NCBI GenBank assembly: GCA_038208765.1
Contig: JBBQYK010000001.1
Location: 1 to 45,622, forward strand
Source: Verrucomicrobiota bacterium
GTDB taxonomy: Bacteria; Verrucomicrobiota; Verrucomicrobiia; Limisphaerales; SIBH01
Direction of reading: 5' to 3'
DNA length: 45,622 nucleotides
Below, piece by piece: positions 7,801-15,374 of the stretch. Every line of letters begins with the position of its first letter. The stretch's first letter is position 1. The notes beneath the pieces are model-generated. The model worked only from the letters and a program-made list of their open reading frames with translations, was not told where the DNA came from and ran no database searches. Position numbers and translations under genes: made by a program.

Positions 7801-10744
7801 CTTCACCACTCCGCTGGATGCGTGCTCGGTCAGCAGCAGCGTCATCGCGCGCGGCACTGGTGCCTGCAACTCGGCGGTCGTGACGAACAGCGCGTCGGCG
7901 ACGTGCCTGCTCGTGACGACTCCGCTCCTCACCGTCACTCAAACCTGTCCCACGCTGTCGGGCGGCGTCCTGACTTATTCCGGCACGGTGAGCAACGCCG
8001 GCAACATCTCGTTGACGAACGTCATCGTGAGAAATGATCGCAGCGGAGGCACCGTGGTGTTCTCCGTCGCGACGCTCGCTCCGCGGGCCCGGGCCAGCTT
8101 CACCGGCAGCTACACCGCGCTGGCGGACGCCTGCTCCCTCACTTCCACCGTCACCGCGACGGCGGCGGACAAATGCACCGGCAGCAATGTCGTCGCGACG
8201 TTCACCGCCACCTGTTCGTTGCCGACCAATCCCCGCATCGTCGTCACGCAAACCTGTCCGACGGTGCAGGTCGCTCCGGGCGGCACGCTGGTTTACAGCG
8301 GCACGGTCAGCAACGCCGGCAACTCGACCCTGAACAACGTGGTCGTGACGAGCGACCGCACGGGCGCGACCAACGTGTTCTTCATCGCCTCGCTCGCCCC
8401 GCGCGCGACGGCGAACTTCACCGGGAGTTACGTGGTGCTGAGTGATTGCTGCGTGGACACGAGCACGCTCACGGCGAGCGGCCGCGATTGTAACAACACG
8501 CTGGCCCGCGACACCGCCACGCGCACTTGCACGCTGCTCACCTCCCCGGGCATTACCGTCACCAAGGTCTGTCCGCTCGAAATGTGGAAGCCGCTCGCGC
8601 CGGGTGATCGGCTCACCTACAGCGGCGTGGTCAGCAACTCCGGCAACATCACGTTGACCAACGTCACCATCACGAGCACCGCCCCGACGAACGGCGTGCG
8701 CATCTTCGGTCCCATGACCTTGGCGGCGGGTGAATACGCGAACTACACCGCGTCGTTCATCATTCCCGCGGACTTCTGCGGCACGGACACGGTCACGGCC
8801 CGCGGCGTGAACATCTGCACGCTGTTGCCGGTCACGAGCAGCGCCACCACCACCTGCCCGATCCAGACGGCCCCGAGCATCACGGTCGTCAAAAACTGTC
8901 CGTCACAGCCGACGCCGCACGGCGGCCTGTTCGTCTTCACCGGCTCGGTGAGCAACTCCGGCAATGTCACGCTCACGAATGTCTTCGTGGTCAACAGTCA
9001 GCCGGCAGCGAATACGCCGGTCATCGGCCCCATCACGCTCGCGCCCGGAGCCAGGACCACCTTCTCCGGCAGTTACACCGCGCCGCTCGATTGCTGCGAA
9101 GTGACCGACACCCTCACGGCGCGCGGGGAAGATCGCTGCGCGGGCACGCTCGTGACTCACACGGCGACGCAAGTCTGCCCGTTGTCCACCTCGCCGAGCA
9201 TCGGCGTCACGCTGTCTTGTCCGGCCACGCCGGTGGCGGTCGGCGGCTTGTTTGAGTTCAGCGGCCTGGTCACCAACACCAGCGCCGAAGTGCTGACGAA
9301 TGTGTACGTGGTCAGCAACCTGCCCGTTCCGGGCACCGTGGTCGCCGGACCGATTGAACTCGCGGCGGGCGAAACCGAGTTCTTCACGGGCAGCTACACG
9401 GTCGCCGGCAACAGCGGCCTCATCGTCACGGCCTCCGCTCAGGACACCTGCCTGGGCCGCACCGTGAACGCGGCCGCGAACTGCTCCGGTTCCGTCAACC
9501 CGCCGAACCAGCCGCGGGCCATTACCGTGGTCATCAATGGCAACGGCACCGTGAGCGGGGTTGCCAACGGCCAGCTCTTGAACATTGGTCAGAACTACAC
9601 GGCCACGGCGACGCCAGCGGCGGGATCCACCTTTGTGAACTGGTCGGGCGGCGTGTCGGCGACGACACCGTCCCTGACCTTCACCATGCGGTCGAACCTG
9701 ATCTTGACGGCCAACTTCGCCTTCACCGGGACCAACGGCTCGAATGTGTTCATCCCGGTGGCGGGAGTGTTCAACGGCCTGTTCTACGACACGAACGATG
9801 TCCAGAACAGCAGCGCCGGATGTTTCACCCTGACGATGACGGTCGCCGGCACTTACAAGGCGACGATCAAAAACCAGAACAAGAGTTACGCCGTGAGGGG
9901 CACGTTCGACGCCAACGGCCAGGCGGTGAACACCATCGCGCGTTTGGGCACCACCCCGCTCACCGTGAACTGGCAGGGGAACTTCAGTGATTCCGACTAC
10001 ATCTCCGGCACGGTCAGTGATGGGACGGCGGTCGCCCATCTGGAGGGCGGTCGGGATGTCTTCACCACGGTCAATCCCACGCCGCAGGCCGGACGCTACA
10101 CGATGCTCCTTCCCGGCGTGGACGAGACGAGTTCACCCGCCGGCGATGGCTACGGCACGGTCGTGGTGGATGCGGACGGTGATGTGCATCTCCGTGGCCG
10201 ATTGGCCGACGGCAGCGTCCTGACCCAGAACGCCGCGCTCTCGAAGAACGGCGAATGGCCCGTGTGCATCTCGCTCTATCGCGGCGGCGGCCTGTTGATC
10301 GGCTGGCTCCAGTTTGCGAACGACGGCACGAATGACTTGGCCGGCACGGTGCGCTGGATCAAGCCGAGCCAGCCCACGAGCCCGCTCTACAAACCGGGCT
10401 TCAACGTGAACAGCGACGTGATTGGTTCACGCTATGTCGCGCCGGTCGGCACGAACAAGATGCTTAACATCACGGACGGGGTGGTCGTGCTGGGCGGCGG
10501 CAACCTGCCGGACAGCACCAATCCCGTCACCTTCGGCCCGAGCAGCCGGCTCGTGAACAACGGCACGAACGTGCTTCGGCTGGTCTTCGCGCCCGCCACG
10601 GGCCTGTTCAGCGGCTCGTTCCGGGAAACGGGCACGGCCCGCACCTACGCCATTAAAGGCGCGGTGCTCCAGCGCCAAAACTACGGCGCGGGCTACGCGC
10701 CCGGCACTAACCAGAGTGGACGTGTGGTCTTTGCCGCTCCGTAA
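4829..10744 (+). CDS. Giant secreted Cys-rich repeat protein (~13 DUF11-like ~105-aa repeats, an InlB-B-repeat-like module and a ~340-aa C-terminal domain of unknown function)
   Basis: A single ORF runs 4802-10744, with GTG at 4802 and the first ATG at 4829. The signal-like segment is MLLLALALLIFGPTRTNAQG. Repeats follow the pattern CP..PGG.L.YSGTVSN.GN.TL.NV.V.N......V.....LAPGA.A.F...Y..P...C.V...T..G.D.C.G..VT..A.ATC. The module ITVVINGNGTVSG...YTATATPAAGSTFVNWSGG follows the repeats. Confidence 0.9.
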   Translation: MKTPTRNQKSNSHPQSFHARRPHRFRCLHVPMLLLALALLIFGPTRTNAQGIPPGCSGSAIGISLFTSAPDVHIGDTLTYSVSVFNGIIGNPTSCDASNITASLTTPDGVVHPIVLRRTYLMHGQSDFYSNVVSYVARAQDVRPDGTLRATAEDTATIFQNDTPSTGGANQGVNTEVSLPCIQLFVQCVPSVGENGAIVFNGTITNCGNNTLVGVTVTNYVNGGAFPVFFPTNLLRGQSVSFTGSYVPDDPCQPSTATLVATGRDQFTANPRTVISTNLTTCSAVITRGIRVTKTCPVGPTAPGALLTFSGSVSNTGNITISNVVVVNNQPAPNTPVFTRASLAPGEVANFTGSYIAPTNCSVTDTLTATATGSCGVPVSSTASATCALTTAPAITVTEVCPITPGVSGGSSSYGGVVRNSGNITLNNVVVVSDRPAPNTVVLTVASLAPGASANYSANFTVPLNVCSVTTSVRATGNDSCTGTAVTNTATATCPITTAPAIAVTLACPATQSTNGGLITYTGTVRNSGNVTLNNIVVTAPQSSPSTVFTTPSLAPGASANFTASFTAPTSNCSVSSTVIATGSDNCTSASVTNTASATCTLATNPRLIVTQLCSASPVSPGGVLAYSGTVSNAGNVTVTNIVVTNDRTGTTPVFTTAQLLPGATTNFNGSYTVPANADCSITSTLTARGNDLCSGSVVTHAASATCSITGTPLINVTLNCPANSVVTGNSITFSGTVSNPGNVTLVNVTVVNNQASPSTVLTVATLAPGASANFNATFFSPANACSVSSTVTARGSNTCAGVFATASASATCTLLTSPALVVRQNCPVTPVSAGGVLAYSGSVSNAGNLTLTNVNVINNQTGTNIIYTAVTLLPGAVSNFTGSYTVPAGTLCTISSTATATGREICAGNTLTNTATATCTLATAPAIAVTLNCPVNPVAPGGTVSYTGNVLNSGNVTLNNVTVVNNQASPSTVLTVASLAPGASASFTASFTTPLDACSVSSSVIARGTGACNSAVVTNSASATCLLVTTPLLTVTQTCPTLSGGVLTYSGTVSNAGNISLTNVIVRNDRSGGTVVFSVATLAPRARASFTGSYTALADACSLTSTVTATAADKCTGSNVVATFTATCSLPTNPRIVVTQTCPTVQVAPGGTLVYSGTVSNAGNSTLNNVVVTSDRTGATNVFFIASLAPRATANFTGSYVVLSDCCVDTSTLTASGRDCNNTLARDTATRTCTLLTSPGITVTKVCPLEMWKPLAPGDRLTYSGVVSNSGNITLTNVTITSTAPTNGVRIFGPMTLAAGEYANYTASFIIPADFCGTDTVTARGVNICTLLPVTSSATTTCPIQTAPSITVVKNCPSQPTPHGGLFVFTGSVSNSGNVTLTNVFVVNSQPAANTPVIGPITLAPGARTTFSGSYTAPLDCCEVTDTLTARGEDRCAGTLVTHTATQVCPLSTSPSIGVTLSCPATPVAVGGLFEFSGLVTNTSAEVLTNVYVVSNLPVPGTVVAGPIELAAGETEFFTGSYTVAGNSGLIVTASAQDTCLGRTVNAAANCSGSVNPPNQPRAITVVINGNGTVSGVANGQLLNIGQNYTATATPAAGSTFVNWSGGVSATTPSLTFTMRSNLILTANFAFTGTNGSNVFIPVAGVFNGLFYDTNDVQNSSAGCFTLTMTVAGTYKATIKNQNKSYAVRGTFDANGQAVNTIARLGTTPLTVNWQGNFSDSDYISGTVSDGTAVAHLEGGRDVFTTVNPTPQAGRYTMLLPGVDETSSPAGDGYGTVVVDADGDVHLRGRLADGSVLTQNAALSKNGEWPVCISLYRGGGLLIGWLQFANDGTNDLAGTVRWIKPSQPTSPLYKPGFNVNSDVIGSRYVAPVGTNKMLNITDGVVVLGGGNLPDSTNPVTFGPSSRLVNNGTNVLRLVFAPATGLFSGSFRETGTARTYAIKGAVLQRQNYGAGYAPGTNQSGRVVFAAP
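5380..9500 (+). repeat. Array of ~13 coding repeats with 309-327 nt period
   Basis: The first Cys codon of successive units falls at 5390, 5714, 6029, 6350, 6668, 6989, 7307, 7628, 7946, 8255, 8570, 8897 and 9218. Confidence 0.9.
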
Positions 10745-10758
10745 CTTCAGAAATCATG

Positions 10759-10793
10759 AAGGCCGGTGTCATCGGGACACCGGCCTTTTTTTT
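10759..10793 (+). terminator. Rho-independent terminator of the giant gene
   Basis: 12-bp stem AAGGCCGGTGTC/GACACCGGCCTT, 5-nt loop and an 8-T run, starting 15 nt after the stop codon. Confidence 0.75.
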
Positions 10794-10821
10794 ACCTTGG
10801 TTTAAGCCGGAACTATTCTTT

Positions 10822-10978
10822 AGCCACGGATGGAACACGGATGAAACACGGATCAGATCAGGCCGGCGTTTGTTTTGCAGGACGGCACCACCACGCACCG
10901 AGCAGTGGGTTTCTCCGGGCCATCCATTTAGCCATTCTCCTCCCTCCTCCGTGTTCCATCCGTGTTCCATCCGTGGCT
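10822..10978. repeat. Long inverted repeat built from an 11-nt tandem unit (CACGGATGGAA)
   Basis: The arms at 10822-10852 and 10948-10978 are reverse complements at 30 of 31 positions, with a 95-nt spacer. Each arm is an ~2.7x direct repeat. Confidence 0.8.
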
Positions 10979-11131
10979 CAACTGCATCGTTCCGGTTAAG
11001 GAGGCAGGGCCGGTCCGATCCGGCTGACGGGCGGGATCCTTGGATATCGGCCTAAAAATTGGCGCGGCTGGCCCGGCCGCGCTGCGGAGTATGATGCGCC
11101 GATGGATCGTTTGATTCCCTTCCGGGTCGGT

Positions 11132-11149
11132 GGGGTGGACACCCCAGAG
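11132..11149 (+). promoter_or_regulatory. GGGGTGGACACCCCAGAG box, copy 5
   Basis: Intergenic, upstream of the PRC/BON gene. Confidence 0.45.
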
Positions 11150-11153
11150 AATT

Positions 11154-11165
11154 ACACCCCATACC
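11154..11165 (+). promoter_or_regulatory. ACACCCCATACC half-box, copy 5b
   Basis: Right half-site plus the ATA tail, 4 nt after copy 5. Ends 73 nt before ATG 11239. Confidence 0.4.
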
Positions 11166-11238
11166 GCCTCCGCGCCTCCGGGCGCACCTTGTGGGCTGTG
11201 AAAAGCGAACGCGCTCCAATTAAAACAAAAAACTAATT

Positions 11239-12516
11239 ATGAAACGAACACTGCCCATTCTCTGCACCGCCACTGCGGCGTCACTTCTGACGTTCACGGC
11301 GCTGGCTCAAGACAACGACACGTCCAAATCAGTCCGCCCGGATTATGCCCGCGACCGCATGGTCCATCCCATGCACGGCGACCGGCTGCACAGCGCGGCC
11401 AAGGCCAGCGACGTGATCGGCATGACCGTGAAAAATTATCAGGGCGAAAAACTCGGCACCGTGGAAGACCTCGCGGTGGATGTGTCCTCCGGCCGCATCG
11501 TGCAGGTGATTCTCTCCACCGGCGGAATCATCGGCGTGGGCGATCGTCTCTCGGCCGTGCCGCCGGGCGCGTTGCACTATGATGTCACGAACAAGGTCCT
11601 GCACCTGGACGCGAACAAGGAGAAGCTCCGGAGTGCGCCGGAATTCAAGACCGCGAAGTGGGCGGAGCATTCCGACACCGAGCACCTTTCCGCCGTCTAT
11701 ACTTATTACGGCCAGGAACCCGCGTTTAAATTCATCCACAAGGGCGACCTCAACGACGGCTCGGCCAACACCAGCTCCACACGGAACGCGGATGGCACCT
11801 GGAACAAGGCCCGGATGACGGGCGAGCGCCAGTGGATGATTCCCGCCGCGCGCCTCGGCCAGACTCAGAAGGCCTCGAAAATCACGGGCCTGCCCGTGAA
11901 GAACATGCAGGACGAAAAACTCGGCGCCGTGGACAACTTGCTGGTGGACGTGCAGGCGGGCCGCATCGTGGCGGTGATTGTCTCCTCCGGCGGATTCCTC
12001 GGCCTCGGCGAGGAACTCAGCGCCGTGCCGCCGACCGCGCTGAACTTCAACGCGAGCCATGACACGCTCCAGCTCGACGCCACGAAGGACCGGATGAGCG
12101 CGGCGCCGCATTTCAAGGCCGACCAGTGGCCGGACTTCAGCCAGCCCATGTATTCGGACCGCGTGTATCGCGCCTATCAGCAGGAGCCGTATTTCACCAC
12201 CAACCGGATGACGGACGCGGACAACACGGCGCGCAATGTGCGCGACCGCAACGACCGCACGCTCACGCCGCTCGACCAGGGCCGGAGCCAGGCCGACACG
12301 GACACCACGGCGCAAATTCGCAAGGGCATCCTCGACGGCAAGGACATGTCGATTAAGGCGAGGAACGTGAAAATCATCACCAACAACGGCCGCGTCACCT
12401 TGCGCGGGCCGGTCAGCAGCGCCGAGGAGAAGCGGATGATTGGCGCCATTGCCAACACCATCGCGCGCTCCGAGAACGTGGACAACCAACTGGAAGTCAC
12501 CGTCAAGAACGACTGA
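11239..12516 (+). CDS. Periplasmic protein with two PRC-barrel domains and a C-terminal BON domain
   Basis: Signal peptide MKRTLPILCTATAASLLTFTALAQ. Two copies of the pattern ...V.N..GEKLG.V.DL.VD...GRIV.VI.S.GG..G.G..LSAVPP.AL. C-terminal NVKIITNNGRVTLRGPVSSAEEKRMIGAIA is BON-like. Confidence 0.88.
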   Translation: MKRTLPILCTATAASLLTFTALAQDNDTSKSVRPDYARDRMVHPMHGDRLHSAAKASDVIGMTVKNYQGEKLGTVEDLAVDVSSGRIVQVILSTGGIIGVGDRLSAVPPGALHYDVTNKVLHLDANKEKLRSAPEFKTAKWAEHSDTEHLSAVYTYYGQEPAFKFIHKGDLNDGSANTSSTRNADGTWNKARMTGERQWMIPAARLGQTQKASKITGLPVKNMQDEKLGAVDNLLVDVQAGRIVAVIVSSGGFLGLGEELSAVPPTALNFNASHDTLQLDATKDRMSAAPHFKADQWPDFSQPMYSDRVYRAYQQEPYFTTNRMTDADNTARNVRDRNDRTLTPLDQGRSQADTDTTAQIRKGILDGKDMSIKARNVKIITNNGRVTLRGPVSSAEEKRMIGAIANTIARSENVDNQLEVTVKND

Positions 12517-12549
12517 TTCAGCCCGTTCCCGAAACATAAAACCAATCAG

Positions 12550-12596
12550 CTCCTGCGGCCGGGACGGCCGGCCGCAGGAGAATTTGCACTTTCTTC
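12550..12596 (+). terminator. Rho-independent-type terminator
   Basis: Perfect 13-bp stem CTCCTGCGGCCGG/CCGGCCGCAGGAG with a 5-nt loop, followed by a T-rich tail (AATTTGCACTTTCTTC). Confidence 0.65.
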
Positions 12597-12616
12597 AATT
12601 CAGCCCGCAGACTGAT

Positions 12617-12856
12617 GTGAAGCTCGCGACGGTAAAAACTTTGCTCCTGTCCGGTGCCCTGGCGACCGGCACCGCGCTCCTCTGGATGAGGCAGAGTCCG
12701 CCGCCGCCCCGCCCCTCCCTACACCCGGACCCGGCCCCTGAGGCCGCCCATGAAAACAGCGGAGGGCCCAAGCCCAAGTCACAGGCGGTGGCCGGCGCCC
12801 GCCATTTCGAAGGGCGCACGAATTTTTCCAAAGCACCGGCGGACCCGCCGCAATAA
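12617..12856 (+). CDS. Hypothetical small membrane-anchored or secreted Pro-rich protein (GTG start)
   Basis: Hydrophobic N-terminus VKLATVKTLLLSGALATGTALLW, followed by a Pro-rich tail. Third-position GC is moderately high. No homology recognised. Confidence 0.3.
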   Translation: MKLATVKTLLLSGALATGTALLWMRQSPPPPRPSLHPDPAPEAAHENSGGPKPKSQAVAGARHFEGRTNFSKAPADPPQ

Positions 12857-12933
12857 AAAAAACTCGCCGTGCCCCGTGCGCGCCGCTAGTTAGAGGGACG
12901 CATTCTGCGCTGGGACGACATACAAACGGGAGA

Positions 12934-13119
12934 ATGATGCATCCAAAAATTTGCCGTTGCTGCGGCCAATCCATCCCGGATCCGAGATCATCCAATCCCA
13001 ACGTGTGCGGGGGCTGCGAAGAGTGGTCAGGCGAAGTCGAGTGCGGCCCTTTGGAAAATCCGGCCGAGATGGCAAGCATCGCGAGTCACTCTAACGTGGG
13101 TCTCCTCCCTGAGCATTAA
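12934..13119 (+). CDS. Hypothetical small Cys-rich protein (CxxC...CxxC zinc-ribbon-like)
   Basis: MMHPKICRCCGQ...VCGGCEEW. It sits in a lower-GC patch, and codon bias is weaker than in neighbouring genes. Confidence 0.25.
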   Translation: MMHPKICRCCGQSIPDPRSSNPNVCGGCEEWSGEVECGPLENPAEMASIASHSNVGLLPEH

Positions 13120-13360
13120 ACGACGCCCTTCCCGACTTCAGCTTTCAGCTTTGCTATTTGACCCGGATCACCCAGTGGAACTGAAAATGGGTTCCGGATC
13201 CGCCAGCACGCGGCTGCGCGTGCCGTCCTCGCGCTCGACGATGATTTCCTCGCCGCGGATCGCCCTGCCCTCCCGGATCGTCCGGTGCCATCGGGTGCCG
13301 TCAGGGTGAAAGTTTTCCACGAACCGCACCAGAGGTCATGGTTCAGTTCGGATGTGCGCC

Positions 13361-13379
13361 GGGGTCAACACCCCATAAT
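13361..13379 (+). promoter_or_regulatory. GGGGTCAACACCCCATAAT box, copy 6
   Basis: Intergenic, + orientation, upstream of the CBM48-led gene string. Confidence 0.45.
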
Positions 13380-13424
13380 TGTCAGTCCCAATCGTAGGAA
13401 GAACCAAGCTCCGCCTCTCTCGGT

Positions 13425-13442
13425 AGGGCAACACCCCATAAC
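13425..13442 (+). promoter_or_regulatory. AGGGCAACACCCCATAAC box, copy 7
   Basis: Intergenic. Ends 87 nt before ATG 13530. Confidence 0.45.
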
Positions 13443-13529
13443 CCACGCGAGATCTTTGCTGCATCATGGCGACGGGGAAATGGAATCGCCCTCCGAGTGC
13501 AAGGGCTTCCACCCTCAGAATTACTGGCT

Positions 13530-13895
13530 ATGAAACATAACAAGAACCACGACAACGCCCCGAACGCCGGCCCGCAACTGGTGCCCGTGCATTTTGAATT
13601 CACGCATCCCACCGCGCAGAGCGTCTGCGTCGCGGGGTGCTTCAACCACTGGAAACCCGAAGCCAAGGCGCTGCATCCCGCCGGTGACGGGCGCTGGGTG
13701 AAGGAGACGGTGCTGCCGCCGGGCACCTACGAATACTGCCTGGTCGTGGATGGCGAGTGGATGCCCGATCCGCTGGCGAAAGATCATGTCCCCAACCCGT
13801 ACGGTGGCCGGAACTCGCTGCTCACCGTGCCTTCGCCGGAAGTCACGCATCTCGTCAACGCGCAGAATGTGCCGCTGCCTGACATCTTGCGATGA
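13530..13895 (+). CDS. Small stand-alone CBM48 / AMPK-beta-type glycogen-binding-domain protein
   Basis: VPVHFEFTHPTAQSVCVAGCFNHWKPEA..L.....G.W.....LPPGTYEYCLVVDGEWMPDP matches the E-set/CBM48 pattern. Confidence 0.8.
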   Translation: MKHNKNHDNAPNAGPQLVPVHFEFTHPTAQSVCVAGCFNHWKPEAKALHPAGDGRWVKETVLPPGTYEYCLVVDGEWMPDPLAKDHVPNPYGGRNSLLTVPSPEVTHLVNAQNVPLPDILR

Positions 13896-14623
13896 TCCCC
13901 AACGATCGAACGACCCACTTTTTGTCCCGCCTGGAAACCGGTTTCCGCATGGATGCCGCGCGCCTGGAAACGCTGGAGCAGGATTTAACGGCGGCGTTGC
14001 AGCGCGCCCGGCATTTCGGCACGGAACAGGGCGGTGATTGGAACACGGGCTGGCAACAGCAGTGGGACCACGTGGAAGAACTGCTGCGCCGCATCCGCTG
14101 GCTGGTGGATGAGATGGAAAGTTCCATCGACAGCAGCGACCCCGGCCGGCTCAAAGCCTCGCTGGCGTCGTGGGAAACGATTCAAGCGGAGGACGCGAAA
14201 CTGGTGGCCGCGCTGGCCGCGCTGCGCACGCACGCCGTCGGCTTGAACCCGGACGTGCGGGACGACTGGAGCCTGCTGGCCCGCACGCTGGAGTCGCATG
14301 TGGAAACGATCCGTTCCTGTGCGCAGGCGTTGCGCATCAAGATCGAGCTGCTGCAAAAGCACTCCAAGGCCGAAGTGGATCAACTGGTGCTGGAGATTCT
14401 CGCCCGGCTCCCGGACCGCGCGCGGACAGAAGGAATGAGCGCCGAGATTTACGCGCAGGAATACGCCGCCGCCGCCCAGGAACTGGACAAAGAGCATCAC
14501 AAGTTTCTGGGCTTCGTGGACGCGGTCAAAGCCTTGCTGCTCTGGGTCGAATCGCCCGAGGAACGGACGGACAAGAACCTGTCGAAGCAGACGGCACCAG
14601 CCCTGCCCGTCCCGATTTTATGA
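13892..14623 (+). CDS. Hypothetical all-helical (coiled-coil-like) protein
   Basis: The ATG overlaps the previous stop (ATGA at 13892-13895). Codon bias is strong. No recognised domain. Confidence 0.7.
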   Translation: MIPNDRTTHFLSRLETGFRMDAARLETLEQDLTAALQRARHFGTEQGGDWNTGWQQQWDHVEELLRRIRWLVDEMESSIDSSDPGRLKASLASWETIQAEDAKLVAALAALRTHAVGLNPDVRDDWSLLARTLESHVETIRSCAQALRIKIELLQKHSKAEVDQLVLEILARLPDRARTEGMSAEIYAQEYAAAAQELDKEHHKFLGFVDAVKALLLWVESPEERTDKNLSKQTAPALPVPIL

Positions 14624-14889
14624 AACAAGATAAACATCCCCAGACTCCGAAACCGGCGGACGCCTCCCAGCCCACGGAGGCGGAGTGGAATCAAGAGCGC
14701 ATGGACTTCGCGCCCACAGCGGACGAAGTCGCCCGCCGCGCCTACTTCAGTTATCTGAATCACGGTGCGGGTCCCGGACACGATGTGCAGCACTGGCTCG
14801 TGGCCGAGGCGGAACTGCTCGCGGAACGCAACCTCACGCGCGTGCACGGATTTCCGAATCACACCCACAAACTCCCGCAACCAACATGA
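14620..14889 (+). CDS. DUF2934-family small protein
   Basis: ATGA overlap with the previous gene. The motif ARRAYFSYLNHGAGPGHDVQHWLVAEAEL matches the RAY..W...G...G...DW..AE signature as I remember it. Confidence 0.7.
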   Translation: MKQDKHPQTPKPADASQPTEAEWNQERMDFAPTADEVARRAYFSYLNHGAGPGHDVQHWLVAEAELLAERNLTRVHGFPNHTHKLPQPT

Positions 14890-15356
14890 AGAATCCATTT
14901 ATCAACCCCACCATCCAAGCCCGAGATCTGACGAAACAAGCCCCGCACCGTGCCCGCGACCGGCTTGCCGGCTTCGCCATTGCGCGCCGGACCATCGACA
15001 AATGCCGCGCCAGCGTGGCGGGCACCTTGGGCGAGTTTCACTACGACTGTCCGCTCGACAACCAGCTCTTCAGTTTCAAGGGCATCACGGCCGATCAATT
15101 CAAGGCGGTCGTGCAGGCCGCGAAAAGCGATGAAGAGATCGGCGCGTGGCTCCAGGCCAACGGCACGGCGAAAACGCCGGCGGAAATCCAGGCCTGGTCG
15201 GAGAAGATGGATGCCGGGAGCATGATGAAGAACCCGGAGAAGCGCGCCTATTTCATCGCCGAGTGTTCCAAGCTCGGACTGAATCCGGAGACGAACACCA
15301 CCTTCGACTGGCTGGATGCGGATGACCGCGAGTGCTTCCCTCATGCAACCGCGTGA
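14886..15356 (+). CDS. DUF5069-family protein
   Basis: ATGA overlap with the previous gene. The motifs LAGFAIARRTIDKCRASVAGTLGEFHYDCPLDNQLFSFKGI and SDEEIGAWL resemble DUF5069, recognised from memory. Confidence 0.7.
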   Translation: MKNPFINPTIQARDLTKQAPHRARDRLAGFAIARRTIDKCRASVAGTLGEFHYDCPLDNQLFSFKGITADQFKAVVQAAKSDEEIGAWLQANGTAKTPAEIQAWSEKMDAGSMMKNPEKRAYFIAECSKLGLNPETNTTFDWLDADDRECFPHATA

Positions 15357-15374
15357 CCCTTAAAATGGAAATTT

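Noticed and set aside
5380-9500. Possibility that the regular ~315-nt periodicity is a CRISPR-like or satellite array
   Set aside because: The period is far too long. There are no short conserved repeats alternating with unique spacers. The whole array is one open reading frame with protein-level conservation.
5908-10039. Several 270-380-aa ORFs inside the giant gene, in other frames and on the other strand (for example 5908..6768 +, 7225..8037 +, 5966..6931 -, 8903..10039 -)
   Set aside because: They are out-of-frame or antisense readings of the repeat array. Their sequences are periodic Arg/Gly/His/Asp low complexity that mirrors the repeats. The single 5.9-kb frame with conserved Cys-rich units explains the region.
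10707-11055. Short ORFs (77-99 aa) across the 10.8-kb inverted repeat
   Set aside because: Their sequences (HGWNTDETRI, SVFHPCSIRG) are translations of the tandem units on either strand. They lie after a terminator and lack coding-type composition.
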